Assembly: GCA_016180645.1 (NCBI GenBank)
Contig: JACPAV010000022.1
Coordinates: 1 to 59,716, forward strand
Origin: Nitrospirota bacterium
Lineage (GTDB): Bacteria; JACPQY01
Length of the DNA: 59,716 bases
Direction of reading: 5' to 3'
The notes beneath the pieces are model-generated. The model did no database searches and was not told the origin of the DNA. It saw nothing but the letters and a program-made list of their open reading frames with translations. Positions 46,353 to 56,455 of this stretch are shown piece by piece. A program made the translations under genes and the position numbers. The first letter of the stretch is position 1; the number at the start of each line of letters is the position of its first letter.

Positions 46353-47738
46353 ATGACGCGAGCCGAAGAGAATCCTCTCAGGACCCTTCCGCAGGTTGAG
46401 ACGCTAGCCAATGAAGTGCTGGAGTCCTACCCGGCGCTGCTGAAGAGCGTGGCCGTGGATGTGGCCCGTGAGGTGATCGAAGACGCGCGCACACAACTCC
46501 GAAAGGGGCGCAACGGGCTGACGGAAGGCGTATTGCTCCGTCGAGCCGGGGACCACGTTCGCAATCTTCTCTCCGGCGGGCTCCGGCCCGTGATCAACGC
46601 CACCGGAATCATCATTCATACGAATTTGGGCCGGGCGCCGCTTTCTGCAGAAGCCGTCCAGGAGGTCGTGCAGACCGCCGGGAGTTACTCGAACCTGGAA
46701 TTCGATCTCACGCGCGGTGAACGCGGGGAACGCATCAACGCGGTCCGCTCTCTACTGCATGCCGTGTGCGGAGGCGAGGATTCGCTTGTCGTCAACAACA
46801 ATGCGGCGGCCGTCCTCCTCGTTCTCGCAGCGCTGGCCAAAGGAAAAGAAGTCGTCGTCTCGCGCGGCGAACTCGTCGAGATCGGTGGCTCCTTCAGAGT
46901 TCCGGAAGTCATGGAGCAAAGCGGGGCAATCCTTCGTGAGGTCGGCACAACCAACAAGACCCGATTGAAAGACTACGAACAAGCAATCTCCCCGGCTACG
47001 GCCCTCATGATGAAAGCCCACCGGAGCAATTTTCAGGTGGTCGGCTTCACGGAGGAGACTTCGCTTGAGGAACTGGTCGAGCTGGGCCGCAAGAAGAATG
47101 TTCCGGTCTACATGGACCTCGGGAGTGGTGCAGTCCAGCCCTTCACCTTTCCGGGCGTCTCCCGGCGGGAACCGCTGGTCCGTGAGATCGTTTCACAGGG
47201 CACGGATCTCGTGAGCTTCAGCGGCGACAAGATGCTAGGCGGCCCCCAAGCCGGCATCATCATCGGCACGTCCAAGCTGATCCAACAAATCGCTCACCAC
47301 CCGCTGTACCGAGCGCTCCGACCCGACAAAATGACCCTCGCCGCATTGGCCGGCACCCTCCGGCTCTGCCTCACGGGCGGGGAGGCCGCATCCCAAATTC
47401 CTGTCACCGCCATGTTGAACGCTCCTTTGGACGAGCTCCGCCGTCACGCCGAGCAGGTCCGACGAACGGTTCTCAAATCGCGGAAAGACTTGGACTTGGA
47501 AATCGTCGAAGACACTTCCTATGCCGGCGGGGGCGCCCTCCCGATGGAGGCTCTCCCGACCCTTGCCTTGCACCTCAAGCACCCCTCGCTCTCGCCCAAT
47601 TCAATCTCCGATGCACTTCGGATATCCGATCCCCCCGTGATCGGCCGGATCTCGGATAACCGCTTTCTCCTCGACCTCCGGACCGTGTTCCCACGGGAGA
47701 TTCCCGATCTCGCGCGGGCAATCATCGCGCTTTCGTAG
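46353..47738 (+). CDS. selA: L-seryl-tRNA(Sec) selenium transferase
   Basis: VINATGIIIHTNLGRAPL, YSNLEFDL, VVNNNAAAV, SRGELVEIGGSFR, EVGTTNKT, PLP-lysine FSGDKMLGGPQAG. Confidence 0.97.
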   Translation: MTRAEENPLRTLPQVETLANEVLESYPALLKSVAVDVAREVIEDARTQLRKGRNGLTEGVLLRRAGDHVRNLLSGGLRPVINATGIIIHTNLGRAPLSAEAVQEVVQTAGSYSNLEFDLTRGERGERINAVRSLLHAVCGGEDSLVVNNNAAAVLLVLAALAKGKEVVVSRGELVEIGGSFRVPEVMEQSGAILREVGTTNKTRLKDYEQAISPATALMMKAHRSNFQVVGFTEETSLEELVELGRKKNVPVYMDLGSGAVQPFTFPGVSRREPLVREIVSQGTDLVSFSGDKMLGGPQAGIIIGTSKLIQQIAHHPLYRALRPDKMTLAALAGTLRLCLTGGEAASQIPVTAMLNAPLDELRRHAEQVRRTVLKSRKDLDLEIVEDTSYAGGGALPMEALPTLALHLKHPSLSPNSISDALRISDPPVIGRISDNRFLLDLRTVFPREIPDLARAIIALS

Positions 47739-47752
47739 TAGCATCCCTCCCC

Positions 47753-49126
47753 ATGGCCGTGCCCCCTCCTGACAAATCTGAAATCTCAAATCTCAAATCC
47801 CAGTCCGGACCTGCCGGGGTCACCCTCGATACCATCGTGTCCCTCTGCAAACGCCGCGGATTCGTTTTCCAATCCAGTGAAATATACGGCGGGATCGGGA
47901 GCACGTGGGATTGGGGACCGCTCGGCGTCGAGTTCAAACGCAACATCAAAGATGCGTGGTGGAAAGCCATGGTGCATGATCGCGACGACATGGAGGGGAT
48001 CGACGCCGCTATCATCATGAATCCGAAAGTCTGGGAAGCCAGCGGCCACATCGCGGGTTTTCACGATCCCATGGTCGAGTGCAAGGCATGCCATCACCGA
48101 TTTCGAGAGGATCATCTCAAGGAAAAGGGGAAATGCCCGGATTGTGGCGGCGAAGTCACCCCCCCCCGTCAGTTCAGCCTCATGTTCAAGACCAACGTGG
48201 GACCCGTGGAGGACACCTCGGCCATCGCCTACCTCCGCCCTGAAACGGCCCAGGGAATTTTCGTCAATTTTGACAACGTGCTCACCACCTCGCGCCGCAA
48301 GCTCCCTTTCGGCATCGCCCAGATCGGCAAGGCCTTCCGCAATGAAATCACCCCCGGCAATTTTGTTTTCCGCTCGCGCGAATTCGAGCAAATGGAGATC
48401 GAATTCTTCGTCCGTCCCGGCACGGATGAGGATTGGCACCGAAGATGGGTGGAGGACCGGCTCCGATGGTATACCGACCTCGGCATCCGTCCCGAAAGCC
48501 TTCGCAAGCGCGAGCACGGCAAGGACGAGCTGGCCCACTACGCCAAAGCCTGCGTGGACCTTGAATTCGAGTTTCCCATGGGCTGGTCCGAACTCGAGGG
48601 CATTGCCAACCGGACGGACTTCGATCTCAAGCAACACACGAAGTTTTCGGGCAAGACCCTCAGCTTCTTCGATGAAGAAAAGAAGGACCACGTGGTCCCC
48701 TTCGTGATCGAACCGAGCGCAGGGGTTGACCGGAGCGCCCTCGCCTTCCTCGTCCATGCCTACACGGAAGAAAAAGTGAAGGATGAAAAGCGCGTCTCGC
48801 TCAAGCTCCACCCCACCCTCGCACCCATCCAGGCCGCGATCCTTCCTCTCCTCCGGAATCGGCCGGACGTGGTCGAGACGGCCCGGAAACTCTACACCGA
48901 TCTGAAGCGCCGCATTCGAGCACGGTATGACGACACCGGCTCCATCGGCCGCCTCTATCGGCGGCAGGACGAAATCGGCACACCCTTTTGCATCACCGTG
49001 GATGTGCAGACCCTCACCGACCAGAAAGTCACCGTGCGGGACCGCGACACCATGTTACAAGATCGCATCGGATTGGACTCGGTCGGTTCCTACTTGGAAA
49101 CGAAACTCGGCGTCCCAAAAGTCTGA
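47753..49126 (+). CDS. glyQS: Glycine--tRNA ligase, alpha2 type
   Basis: LCKRRGFVF.SSEIYGG, YLRPETAQGIF, AFRNEITPGNFVFRSREFEQME, IEPSAGVDR, IGRLYRRQDEIGTP. Confidence 0.97.
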   Translation: MAVPPPDKSEISNLKSQSGPAGVTLDTIVSLCKRRGFVFQSSEIYGGIGSTWDWGPLGVEFKRNIKDAWWKAMVHDRDDMEGIDAAIIMNPKVWEASGHIAGFHDPMVECKACHHRFREDHLKEKGKCPDCGGEVTPPRQFSLMFKTNVGPVEDTSAIAYLRPETAQGIFVNFDNVLTTSRRKLPFGIAQIGKAFRNEITPGNFVFRSREFEQMEIEFFVRPGTDEDWHRRWVEDRLRWYTDLGIRPESLRKREHGKDELAHYAKACVDLEFEFPMGWSELEGIANRTDFDLKQHTKFSGKTLSFFDEEKKDHVVPFVIEPSAGVDRSALAFLVHAYTEEKVKDEKRVSLKLHPTLAPIQAAILPLLRNRPDVVETARKLYTDLKRRIRARYDDTGSIGRLYRRQDEIGTPFCITVDVQTLTDQKVTVRDRDTMLQDRIGLDSVGSYLETKLGVPKV

Positions 49127-49135
49127 TCCATCCTC

Positions 49136-49756
49136 ATGAGCAAGACCTGGATTCTCCCCATCGCAGGGCTGCTCGCCCTCGTCATCGCGGTCGTGGCGCT
49201 TGTCGCCCGGTTCACCAGCCAATCCCTCGAGCCGCCCGCTTCGGTCTCCTCCTTGCCCGAAGACACTTCCCCCCCCCCTGCGAACCCTCCACCCGCGACT
49301 CTCACTCCGCCGCAACCCGTCGCTCCCCCGGCTCCCCCTCCGACGCGCACGGAGATCAGGTTGGAGGACCTGGAAAATTTCAAAACACTCTCCGCCTCTC
49401 CTTTCCCCTCCAAGTCGGAATGGCCGGACTTCGTGGCCAGGGCAGAAGCCGTTGCAAAGGAACATTTGGAAAAGACCGGGGACCTGTCCCGACCGATCGA
49501 CCTCGCCCCGCTCAAGGAAGCCGAAAAACAGGGATTGCCCGCCGCGGCCGCCATGCGCGCCGCGTTCCAGGCCCGGAAAATCAAGGCCCAACAGGACTAC
49601 GATGAGTTCACGAAAAAAGTGGATGAGGTCTACCAAAGCTGGGGTGACAAGAAACCCGAAGTCCCCCAGGAAACGATGGCGGCGTTGGTTACCGACCTCG
49701 TCAACCACCGCGCCCGGCTTCTGTTCATCGACGACCGTTTGAGCCGTCTTCAGTAA
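49136..49756 (+). CDS. Hypothetical membrane-anchored protein
   Basis: N-terminal TM, Pro-rich linker, helical C-terminus; operonic spacing. Confidence 0.65.
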   Translation: MSKTWILPIAGLLALVIAVVALVARFTSQSLEPPASVSSLPEDTSPPPANPPPATLTPPQPVAPPAPPPTRTEIRLEDLENFKTLSASPFPSKSEWPDFVARAEAVAKEHLEKTGDLSRPIDLAPLKEAEKQGLPAAAAMRAAFQARKIKAQQDYDEFTKKVDEVYQSWGDKKPEVPQETMAALVTDLVNHRARLLFIDDRLSRLQ

Positions 49757-49757
49757 G

Positions 49758-52079
49758 TTGGAGAGGCTCTCCCTCGCCTTCCATCCGGTGCTGCCCGCGT
49801 GGGGCCTGTGGCTCGCAGCCGGCGTTCTCGCCGCCGCCCTCGCCGTCTACGGGTGGTATCTGCTCCCCATCCTGAAGACACCCAAAACACTCGCGCTCCT
49901 CGCCCTCCGCCTCCTCTTCCTCACGGGCCTCTTCGGGCTCCTGCTTCGCCCTTCCGTCGTTTTTTCCAGGATGAAGCCGGTTCAAGGCACGCTCATTCTC
50001 GCGGTGGACCGCTCCCTCAGCATGCTCCTCTCCCCACCCGGCTCCCCATCGCCGCCCGCCCCGGTGCGCGTCAACTCCGGGAAGGAGGCTCCCAGGCCGG
50101 GCGCCACGTCGCGGTGGGCCTGGGCATGGTCGCGCCTATCGAGCCCGGCCTTTCGGGAACGACTTTCACAATACCGCGTGCGCGTTCTTTCTTTTGGCGC
50201 GTCCACAACAGAGGTGGAAGCCCTCACGTCGGACGCCTTGGCGCCCCGCGAGGAAACCACCGACTTCAGCGATCTGGCGACCACGCTGGACCGATGGACC
50301 CGCCAGGAACCGGTCTCAGGCATCCTCATCGTAAGCGACGGCATCGACCACTCCGGCTTCCGGCAACGGCTCGATCAGACCGGTCCCTCCTCCCTCGCCC
50401 TCCTCAAACAGGAAGTCCCCATCACCGCCTTGGGATTCGGCACCTCCAAGCGCGTGCGGGATCTCGCCGTTGAATCCGTCGAAAACAGCGAATACGCCTT
50501 CGTCCGCTCCACCGTGCGCGTGAAGGCCGTGCTTCGCGTCCGCGGCTACGATTTCAAGGAACTCCCCGTCACGCTCAAACGCGAAGGAGAGTTGTACTCG
50601 GCCCAGTCCGCGCGGGTGGATCGAAAGACCGGCCTCGCCACGGCGGAGTTCGACATCCAGCCGTTCCAGGTGGGCGAGTCCATCTATTCCGTGTCCGTTC
50701 CCATCCAGGAGGGAGAGATGCTCACGGAGAACAATGAGCGGCACTTCGTCCTCCGGGTGCTGCGAGACAAAACCCGGATGCTGCTCATCAGCGGCCGCCC
50801 CTCCTGGGAACTCCGCTTCTTCCGGGAGATGGTGAAGCGACACCCACATTTCGACCTCGTCAATTTCAACATTCTCCGAACGCCGAGCGACATCTTCGCC
50901 GTACCGGAAAAAGAACTCAGCCTGATACCCTTCCCCGGCGACGATCTCTTCTTCAAAGACATCCAGGATTTCGATCTCCTGGTCTTCCTGGATTTCACCC
51001 ACGAAACACTCCCCAATTTCGCGCCGTACATCCGGCCCGAAGCGCTCGTGAAGATCCGCGACCAGGTGAATCAGCACGGCATGGGTGTGCTCGTCATCGG
51101 AGGCGAACAGACCTTCTCCGGCTCGGCTCTGCGCAATTCCCCGCTCGAAGAGATCATGCCCGTCCAGATGCCCATGATGAACCGGGGGTTCGACTCCGAG
51201 GAGTTCCGCCCGATGATCACCGAGGCCGGCCGGAGCCATTTCATCACGACGGACAGGGAAGGCGCATCGATTCCTTGGAACTCCCTCCCCCCGCTCTCGG
51301 GCAGCGCCTTGATCGGCCCGCCGAAGGCCGGGGCTATCACGCTGCTGGCCCACCCCCGGGCCCGCGCGGGAGGACAGCCCGTCCCGGTGGCCGCCGTATG
51401 GGAAAAAGGAAAAGGACGGGTGATGTTGCTGTCCACCGACTCCTCGTGGAGGTGGGCCTTCTCCGATCCGTCCTCCGCGGAGGCGGTTTCCGCCTATCAC
51501 CAATTCTGGTATCGAGCCATCCGCTGGCTCACGCGCGATCCTGAAACGAACCGCATCACCGTCACTTCGGAGCGATCCGCCAAGGGCGGCTACTCCGTTT
51601 CCGCCCGCGTGGTGGACGATCAATACCGGAAAGCCCGCGGGGTGAACGTTACGATGACGCTCCGCGATCCCCGCGGCCCCAAACTGGAACAAGCGGCCCG
51701 CGAAATCTCGGAAGGTCAGTACGAGTCTGAATTCCAAACGCCCGCCATGGGCCTCTACTCCATCGAGGTTCACGGCGCGAAAGGGGATGCTTCGCTGGGG
51801 GATGCCAAGGCCGTGTTCACGGACCCCGCCGCTTTCGCGGAAGCCTTCGACTACGTCCCGGACCAGCCGCTCATGGAGCGCCTCGCCGACCTCTCCGGAG
51901 GATCCTGGGTCGACCTCACCCGCACCGACCCCGCCGAAATCGATTGGCCGCCTCCCGAGAAACAAGTGGAAGAAGGTTCACGCGAAAAACCCCTCTGGAA
52001 CACCGCCGTGATGCTCCTGATCCTGTTCGCCGCCGCCGCCTCCGAGTGGACCCTCCGCCGCCGCTGGGGCCTGATGTAG
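49758..52079 (+). CDS. Membrane protein with vWA (MIDAS) and GATase1-like domains
   Basis: VDRSLSM MIDAS, IVSDG.D, GRPSWELRF, KGKGRV...DSSWRW, C-terminal EWTLRRRWGL. Confidence 0.82.
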   Translation: MERLSLAFHPVLPAWGLWLAAGVLAAALAVYGWYLLPILKTPKTLALLALRLLFLTGLFGLLLRPSVVFSRMKPVQGTLILAVDRSLSMLLSPPGSPSPPAPVRVNSGKEAPRPGATSRWAWAWSRLSSPAFRERLSQYRVRVLSFGASTTEVEALTSDALAPREETTDFSDLATTLDRWTRQEPVSGILIVSDGIDHSGFRQRLDQTGPSSLALLKQEVPITALGFGTSKRVRDLAVESVENSEYAFVRSTVRVKAVLRVRGYDFKELPVTLKREGELYSAQSARVDRKTGLATAEFDIQPFQVGESIYSVSVPIQEGEMLTENNERHFVLRVLRDKTRMLLISGRPSWELRFFREMVKRHPHFDLVNFNILRTPSDIFAVPEKELSLIPFPGDDLFFKDIQDFDLLVFLDFTHETLPNFAPYIRPEALVKIRDQVNQHGMGVLVIGGEQTFSGSALRNSPLEEIMPVQMPMMNRGFDSEEFRPMITEAGRSHFITTDREGASIPWNSLPPLSGSALIGPPKAGAITLLAHPRARAGGQPVPVAAVWEKGKGRVMLLSTDSSWRWAFSDPSSAEAVSAYHQFWYRAIRWLTRDPETNRITVTSERSAKGGYSVSARVVDDQYRKARGVNVTMTLRDPRGPKLEQAAREISEGQYESEFQTPAMGLYSIEVHGAKGDASLGDAKAVFTDPAAFAEAFDYVPDQPLMERLADLSGGSWVDLTRTDPAEIDWPPPEKQVEEGSREKPLWNTAVMLLILFAAAASEWTLRRRWGLM

Positions 52080-52084
52080 CATTC

Positions 52085-52133
52085 TCGGTGACAGTATACT
52101 CTAATTGGACCGAATAAAGTATACTGTCACCGA
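52085..52133. repeat. GGTGACAGTATACT palindrome (copy 3)
   Basis: TCGGTGACAGTATACT...AGTATACTGTCACCGA between convergent genes. Confidence 0.88.
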
Positions 52134-52143
52134 TTATATAGGC

Positions 52144-53277
52144 TCACGCCGCTCCCCTCGCGCGAAGGACCTCCTCCACCCATTCGTTGGGAACTTTCTC
52201 CGACACCGCCGCCTTTCCGATTCGCTCCAAGAGCACGAATCGCCGTGCCGCCCCGGAAAACTTCTTGTCGAACTTCATGTGATGCAGAATCGGCCCTAGC
52301 GCCGGAGGAAGCATCCCATCGCCACCCTTGAGTTCAGGCAATCGTACCGGCAAATGGAACCTCCGCAGCGCGTTTTCCGTGCGTTCCACGGCCATCGCTT
52401 CCACCAAGCCCATCCGCCTGGAAAGATCCGCCGCGCACGCCATTCCAACGCTGATGGCCTCGCCGTGCGTGATGACATCGTAGCCCGCCGCCGCCTCGAT
52501 GGCGTGACCGATGGTGTGACCGAAGTTCAGTCTTGCGCGGATCCCCTTCACGGCCACCTGGTCGTACGGGTCCAAGCCCACCACCTCCGCCTTAATCTTT
52601 ACGCAGCGGAATACCGTTTCCACCAGAGTGTCCGCGTCCAGCGCCAGCAACGACTCGGCTTTCCCCTCGAGAAATCCGAGAAACTCCGCGTCGGCAATGA
52701 GGGCATACTTCACCACCTCGGCGAGACCCGATGAAACCTGCCGCGGGCTCAAGGATTTCAGAAAGGCCACATCGCTGAGGACGAAGGCCGGCTGATAGAA
52801 AAGCCCCACAAGATTCTTCCCTTCCCTCAGATTGATCGCCACCTTCCCGCCAATGGAAGAATCAACCTGGCTGAGGAGCGTCGTCGGCAGAATTCCGTAG
52901 GGAACACCCCTCCGCAGGGTTCCCGCCACGAATCCGGCCAAGTCCCCCAGCGCCCCGCCGCCCAGCGCAAGGATCCCTGCCTCGCCCGACCGCCCCGTTT
53001 TCGCAATCTGTTCCAGCACACGGACGTAGGTGTCCGACGATTTCGCCGCATCTCCTTCGGGCACAAAGCAGGGTGCCGCCGACCGCCCCGCCTCGCTGAG
53101 TGCCCGGCCCACCGCGGGAAAAATCGTCCGGTGAAGCGCCTCCGTCGTGATCAGGACAACGTGTTTGGGAAACCGCACCGAATCGAGTACAGACCGGAGC
53201 TGTCCGAGAATGTTGTACCCCACGTGCACGGGATATTCGATCGTCGGCGAATGGATTCGAACTTCCGTCTGCAGCAT
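52144..53277 (-). CDS. aroB: 3-dehydroquinate synthase
   Basis: LGGGALGDLAGF, PTTLLSQVDSSIGGK, KNLVG.FYQP, GLAEVVKY, LNFGHTIGHAIE, HGEA. Start is 53277 or 53280. Confidence 0.96.
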   Translation of the reverse strand: MLQTEVRIHSPTIEYPVHVGYNILGQLRSVLDSVRFPKHVVLITTEALHRTIFPAVGRALSEAGRSAAPCFVPEGDAAKSSDTYVRVLEQIAKTGRSGEAGILALGGGALGDLAGFVAGTLRRGVPYGILPTTLLSQVDSSIGGKVAINLREGKNLVGLFYQPAFVLSDVAFLKSLSPRQVSSGLAEVVKYALIADAEFLGFLEGKAESLLALDADTLVETVFRCVKIKAEVVGLDPYDQVAVKGIRARLNFGHTIGHAIEAAAGYDVITHGEAISVGMACAADLSRRMGLVEAMAVERTENALRRFHLPVRLPELKGGDGMLPPALGPILHHMKFDKKFSGAARRFVLLERIGKAAVSEKVPNEWVEEVLRARGAA

Positions 53278-53331
53278 CATGCCATCATAGCCGAATCTGC
53301 CGCCGATGCGGAGCGGACGGAGCCGCGAGAC

Positions 53332-54288
53332 TCAAACCCGGGATATCGGCGGCCGCCCCCCGAGCACGGCCACCACGTTTTGGACCGCTTCCATGGACAT
53401 GCGGGCTCGCGTCTCGATCGTGGCGCTGCCCACGTGAGGCAGAAGCACGGCGTTGGGTATTCGCCGCAGCTCGCGTCCGACCGCCGGTTCGAATTCGTAC
53501 ACGTCGAGTCCCGCACCGGCGATCCACTCCTTCCGCAGCGCCTTCACGAGTGCCCGCTCCTCCACGATCGGCCCCCGGCCGACATTGATCAGATACGCGT
53601 TCGGCTTCATTGCTCTAAACTCCGGCTCTCGGAATCGATGGCGCGTCTCCGGCGTAAGCGGTGCGAGAATAACCAGAAAATCGCTTTCTCGAACCAATCG
53701 CTCGAACGATACGCGCATCGCACGCGTCTCCCGTTCCACACCGCGACCAAGTCGATTCCGATTGTGGTAGACGACTCTCATCCCAAATCCTCGCGCCCGC
53801 TTAGCCACTTCGCAACCGATCCGTCCCATCCCCATGATGCCAAGAGTCTTGCCGTGCACGTCGTGTCCGAGCATGTAGAGCGGCGCCCACCCCTTGAACC
53901 GGCACTCGCGCATCTCCCGGTCCCCGTCCGGCACCCGCCGGGCACAGCCCAGGATGAGCGCCCACGTCAGGTCCGCCACCGCCTGCTTGAGTGCATCCGG
54001 CGTGTTCGTGACGACGATCCCTCGCTCACGGGCAAACGGCAGGTCAACATTGTTGGACCCGCTGGCACAGAGGGAGATCACTTTCAAACGGGCTGCCTTC
54101 CCGATCATTTCCCTGTCCATCGAATCGCTGAGCATCGCCACGATGCCGTCTTTGTCCCCAATCGCCTGTTCCAGTTCCCGGCGCGACATGTTCCGGTTGG
54201 CACGGTGCAAAGTGATCGTCGCGTAGTTGGCCAGGTAGTCCAGCGCCGGTGCGGCGATCCGCCGAGTGACGAGGACTTTCGCCCTCAT
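53332..54288 (-). CDS. D-2-hydroxyacid dehydrogenase (glyoxylate/hydroxypyruvate reductase type)
   Basis: VTNTPD, GKTLGIMGMGRIG, LINVGRG, AGLDVYEFEP, LLPHVGSAT. ATGA overlap gives start 54288. Confidence 0.93.
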   Translation of the reverse strand: MRAKVLVTRRIAAPALDYLANYATITLHRANRNMSRRELEQAIGDKDGIVAMLSDSMDREMIGKAARLKVISLCASGSNNVDLPFARERGIVVTNTPDALKQAVADLTWALILGCARRVPDGDREMRECRFKGWAPLYMLGHDVHGKTLGIMGMGRIGCEVAKRARGFGMRVVYHNRNRLGRGVERETRAMRVSFERLVRESDFLVILAPLTPETRHRFREPEFRAMKPNAYLINVGRGPIVEERALVKALRKEWIAGAGLDVYEFEPAVGRELRRIPNAVLLPHVGSATIETRARMSMEAVQNVVAVLGGRPPISRV

Positions 54289-54953
54289 GCCCTGATTTCC
54301 CGAGAGGGACAAAATGGAGCCATCTTGCATTCCCCACAAAGAGGGCGCCGGGCTTGGCAGATCTGCCTCCCGTGAAGAATCGTCGCGTGACCGAAATACG
54401 TCCATCGATCGCGTGGCACGATCTTCATGAGATCCTGCTCAACCTTGCTTGGATCGCTTTCGCGCGAGAACCCCCAACGAAGCGAAAGCCGATGCACATG
54501 GGTGTCCACTGTGATGCCTTCGTTCCTCTTGAACCACGTTCCCAGGAGGACGTTGGCCGTTTTCCGCGCCACGCCCGGAAGCGTGATCAAATCCTCCATC
54601 GTTTCCGGCACCTTTTCGCCGAATCGCTCGACGATGAGACGGCACGCGCCCTGAATGCTCTTCGCCTTGTTGCGATAGAAGCCGGTCGACCGGATATCTT
54701 TCTCGATCTCCGCGATGTCCGCGCGCGCTAACGCCGAAGCATTCGGATATTTCTTGAAGATGATCGGCGTGACGCGGTTGACTCGTTCATCCGTGCACTG
54801 CGCAGAAAGAATGGTCGCGATCAGAAGTTCGAGTGCGTTCGAGTGGTCCAACGAACAGGTCGCCTTCGGAAAGGTCTCGCGGAGCACACCGAACACCTTC
54901 TCGTAGGGCGCCATCTTCCCGTTTGGGAGCTTCGCGATTTTCTTTGCATTCAT
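54285..54953 (-). CDS. nth: Endonuclease III
   Basis: LLIATILSAQCTD, HhH LPGVARKTAN, VDTHV, 4Fe-4S motif CX6CX2CX5C. Confidence 0.96.
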   Translation of the reverse strand: MNAKKIAKLPNGKMAPYEKVFGVLRETFPKATCSLDHSNALELLIATILSAQCTDERVNRVTPIIFKKYPNASALARADIAEIEKDIRSTGFYRNKAKSIQGACRLIVERFGEKVPETMEDLITLPGVARKTANVLLGTWFKRNEGITVDTHVHRLSLRWGFSRESDPSKVEQDLMKIVPRDRWTYFGHATILHGRQICQARRPLCGECKMAPFCPSREIRA

Positions 54954-55144
54954 GGAGGGCCGGATTCTATCATTTTCGATGAACGTTTCAGCCCACTCTT
55001 GCTCTTACTCAATTCACTGTGCCGTCACAATAGTGAATTAAATACTTAGCTGAAAGAAAACGCTTGACAACCTTGGCGCGAAACTGTTGAATATGTGACA
55101 TAGGACACATGATTCAGACTGCGAACAGCAAGAACGGAGGCCCC

Positions 55145-56323
55145 ATGCGAATAACTCGAAACATCGCCTTTGCCGTTGCCGGTTTTTCCCTCGGATCGCT
55201 CCTCCTGATGGGCTGCGAACAAACACCCACAGGCCCGGGAGTGGCTGAGGACCAAACGCCGGTCACGGAAGCGGCAACTGAGACCGCACAAAATACTCAG
55301 ACCCCATCAGCGGCGACGGAATCCCAGCCCGCAAATCCTCCGTCTTATGCAGCCATCCCAACGGACGGCAGCGGCGCAACCGCTTCCGCGGCTCAGCCTC
55401 CTTCTTCCGATCCGGTGGCCGCCTCCGCCGAGGCAAATTCAGGCTCGACTACACCGGCCGCAGCGACCCAGGGCGCCGGGACCGCTCCAACCGCGGAACA
55501 GGCTCCGGGCATCCAGAGCAGCACGTCCGCGATCGAAGCAACCATGTCGGTCCTCCAGCAGTCGAACAATTTCTGGTCCTCGAGCCGGCCCTCGCTGGCT
55601 CCACGGCGCGACATCCTTAGCGATGTCACCAACGGGTTCAACGACGCCCTCAACACCGCCGCGAACACCATCGGCGGTCTGGCGGGTGCTCCCACCTGTC
55701 CCACGGTCACCCGAACGGTCGACCTGAACGGCATCACCGTCAAGATCGACTACGGCACCGGCTGCCAAGATCCGCTCACCGGCAAGACTCTCAGTGGCAC
55801 GGTGACCATGGTGAAGGCGCTCACCAAAGTGACAAGCACGTTCGCCGGCCTTTCCGACGGAACGCGCACTTTGGATGGCAAGAGCGAGATGGCCCTGAGC
55901 GGCACATCCCTCACCCTTTCGGGCAACAGCAACCTGAAAGGTCCCAAGGGCATCACCTCCACAAACCTCAATGAAGTGTTCGCGTATTCCGATATGGGAA
56001 CGGCCACCAACTTCCTCGATGACCGGCTCACCGGGAACGGCACGAGCAGCATCGTGGCGCCGAACGGAATGACGGCCACGACAGCGCTCAAGAACTTGGT
56101 CTACGAACCGATCACCTGCCCGCTCGAACCCAAGAGCGGATCCGTGGAGGCCACCGCGGGGCCGGTAAAGGCCACCATGCCCGTGGGAGACGACGGCTCC
56201 GCGCCGTGGCCCCTCTGGTGCGATGGCTGCGGTTCAGTCTACGTCAACGGCCTCAAGATCGGCAAAGTCTGCTGGGTCGGCGGCGTGAGCTTCGAACCCT
56301 CCATTCCCATCCCGGGGCTGTAA
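55145..56323 (+). CDS. Hypothetical lipoprotein (Thr/Ala/Ser-rich linker, beta-rich Cys-containing domain)
   Basis: SD GGAGG; lipobox LLMGC; CP...IDYGTGC...SG motif. Confidence 0.75.
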   Translation: MRITRNIAFAVAGFSLGSLLLMGCEQTPTGPGVAEDQTPVTEAATETAQNTQTPSAATESQPANPPSYAAIPTDGSGATASAAQPPSSDPVAASAEANSGSTTPAAATQGAGTAPTAEQAPGIQSSTSAIEATMSVLQQSNNFWSSSRPSLAPRRDILSDVTNGFNDALNTAANTIGGLAGAPTCPTVTRTVDLNGITVKIDYGTGCQDPLTGKTLSGTVTMVKALTKVTSTFAGLSDGTRTLDGKSEMALSGTSLTLSGNSNLKGPKGITSTNLNEVFAYSDMGTATNFLDDRLTGNGTSSIVAPNGMTATTALKNLVYEPITCPLEPKSGSVEATAGPVKATMPVGDDGSAPWPLWCDGCGSVYVNGLKIGKVCWVGGVSFEPSIPIPGL

Positions 56324-56346
56324 CCCGGTTCCCCGTATCTTGCGCC

Positions 56347-56378
56347 GAAGCGCCCCCCTCGGGGCGCTTCTTCTTTTC
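56347..56378 (+). terminator. Intrinsic terminator
   Basis: GAAGCGCCCC-CCTC-GGGGCGCTTC followed by TTCTTTT. Confidence 0.8.
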
Positions 56379-56455
56379 ATGCCTTGTTCGACGCCCTTAC
56401 GGCCAGAATGGTCAAGTACCTTGTTCCATCCCACGATCTCCAGTAAGATGAGGAC

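Noticed and set aside
33506-52133. Palindromic repeats as a CRISPR array
   Set aside because: The copies are kilobases apart with no spacer periodicity, and no cas genes are present.
55073-55092. Sigma54 promoter upstream of the 55145 lipoprotein
   Set aside because: TGGCGCG is present, but the GC dinucleotide at -12 is missing.
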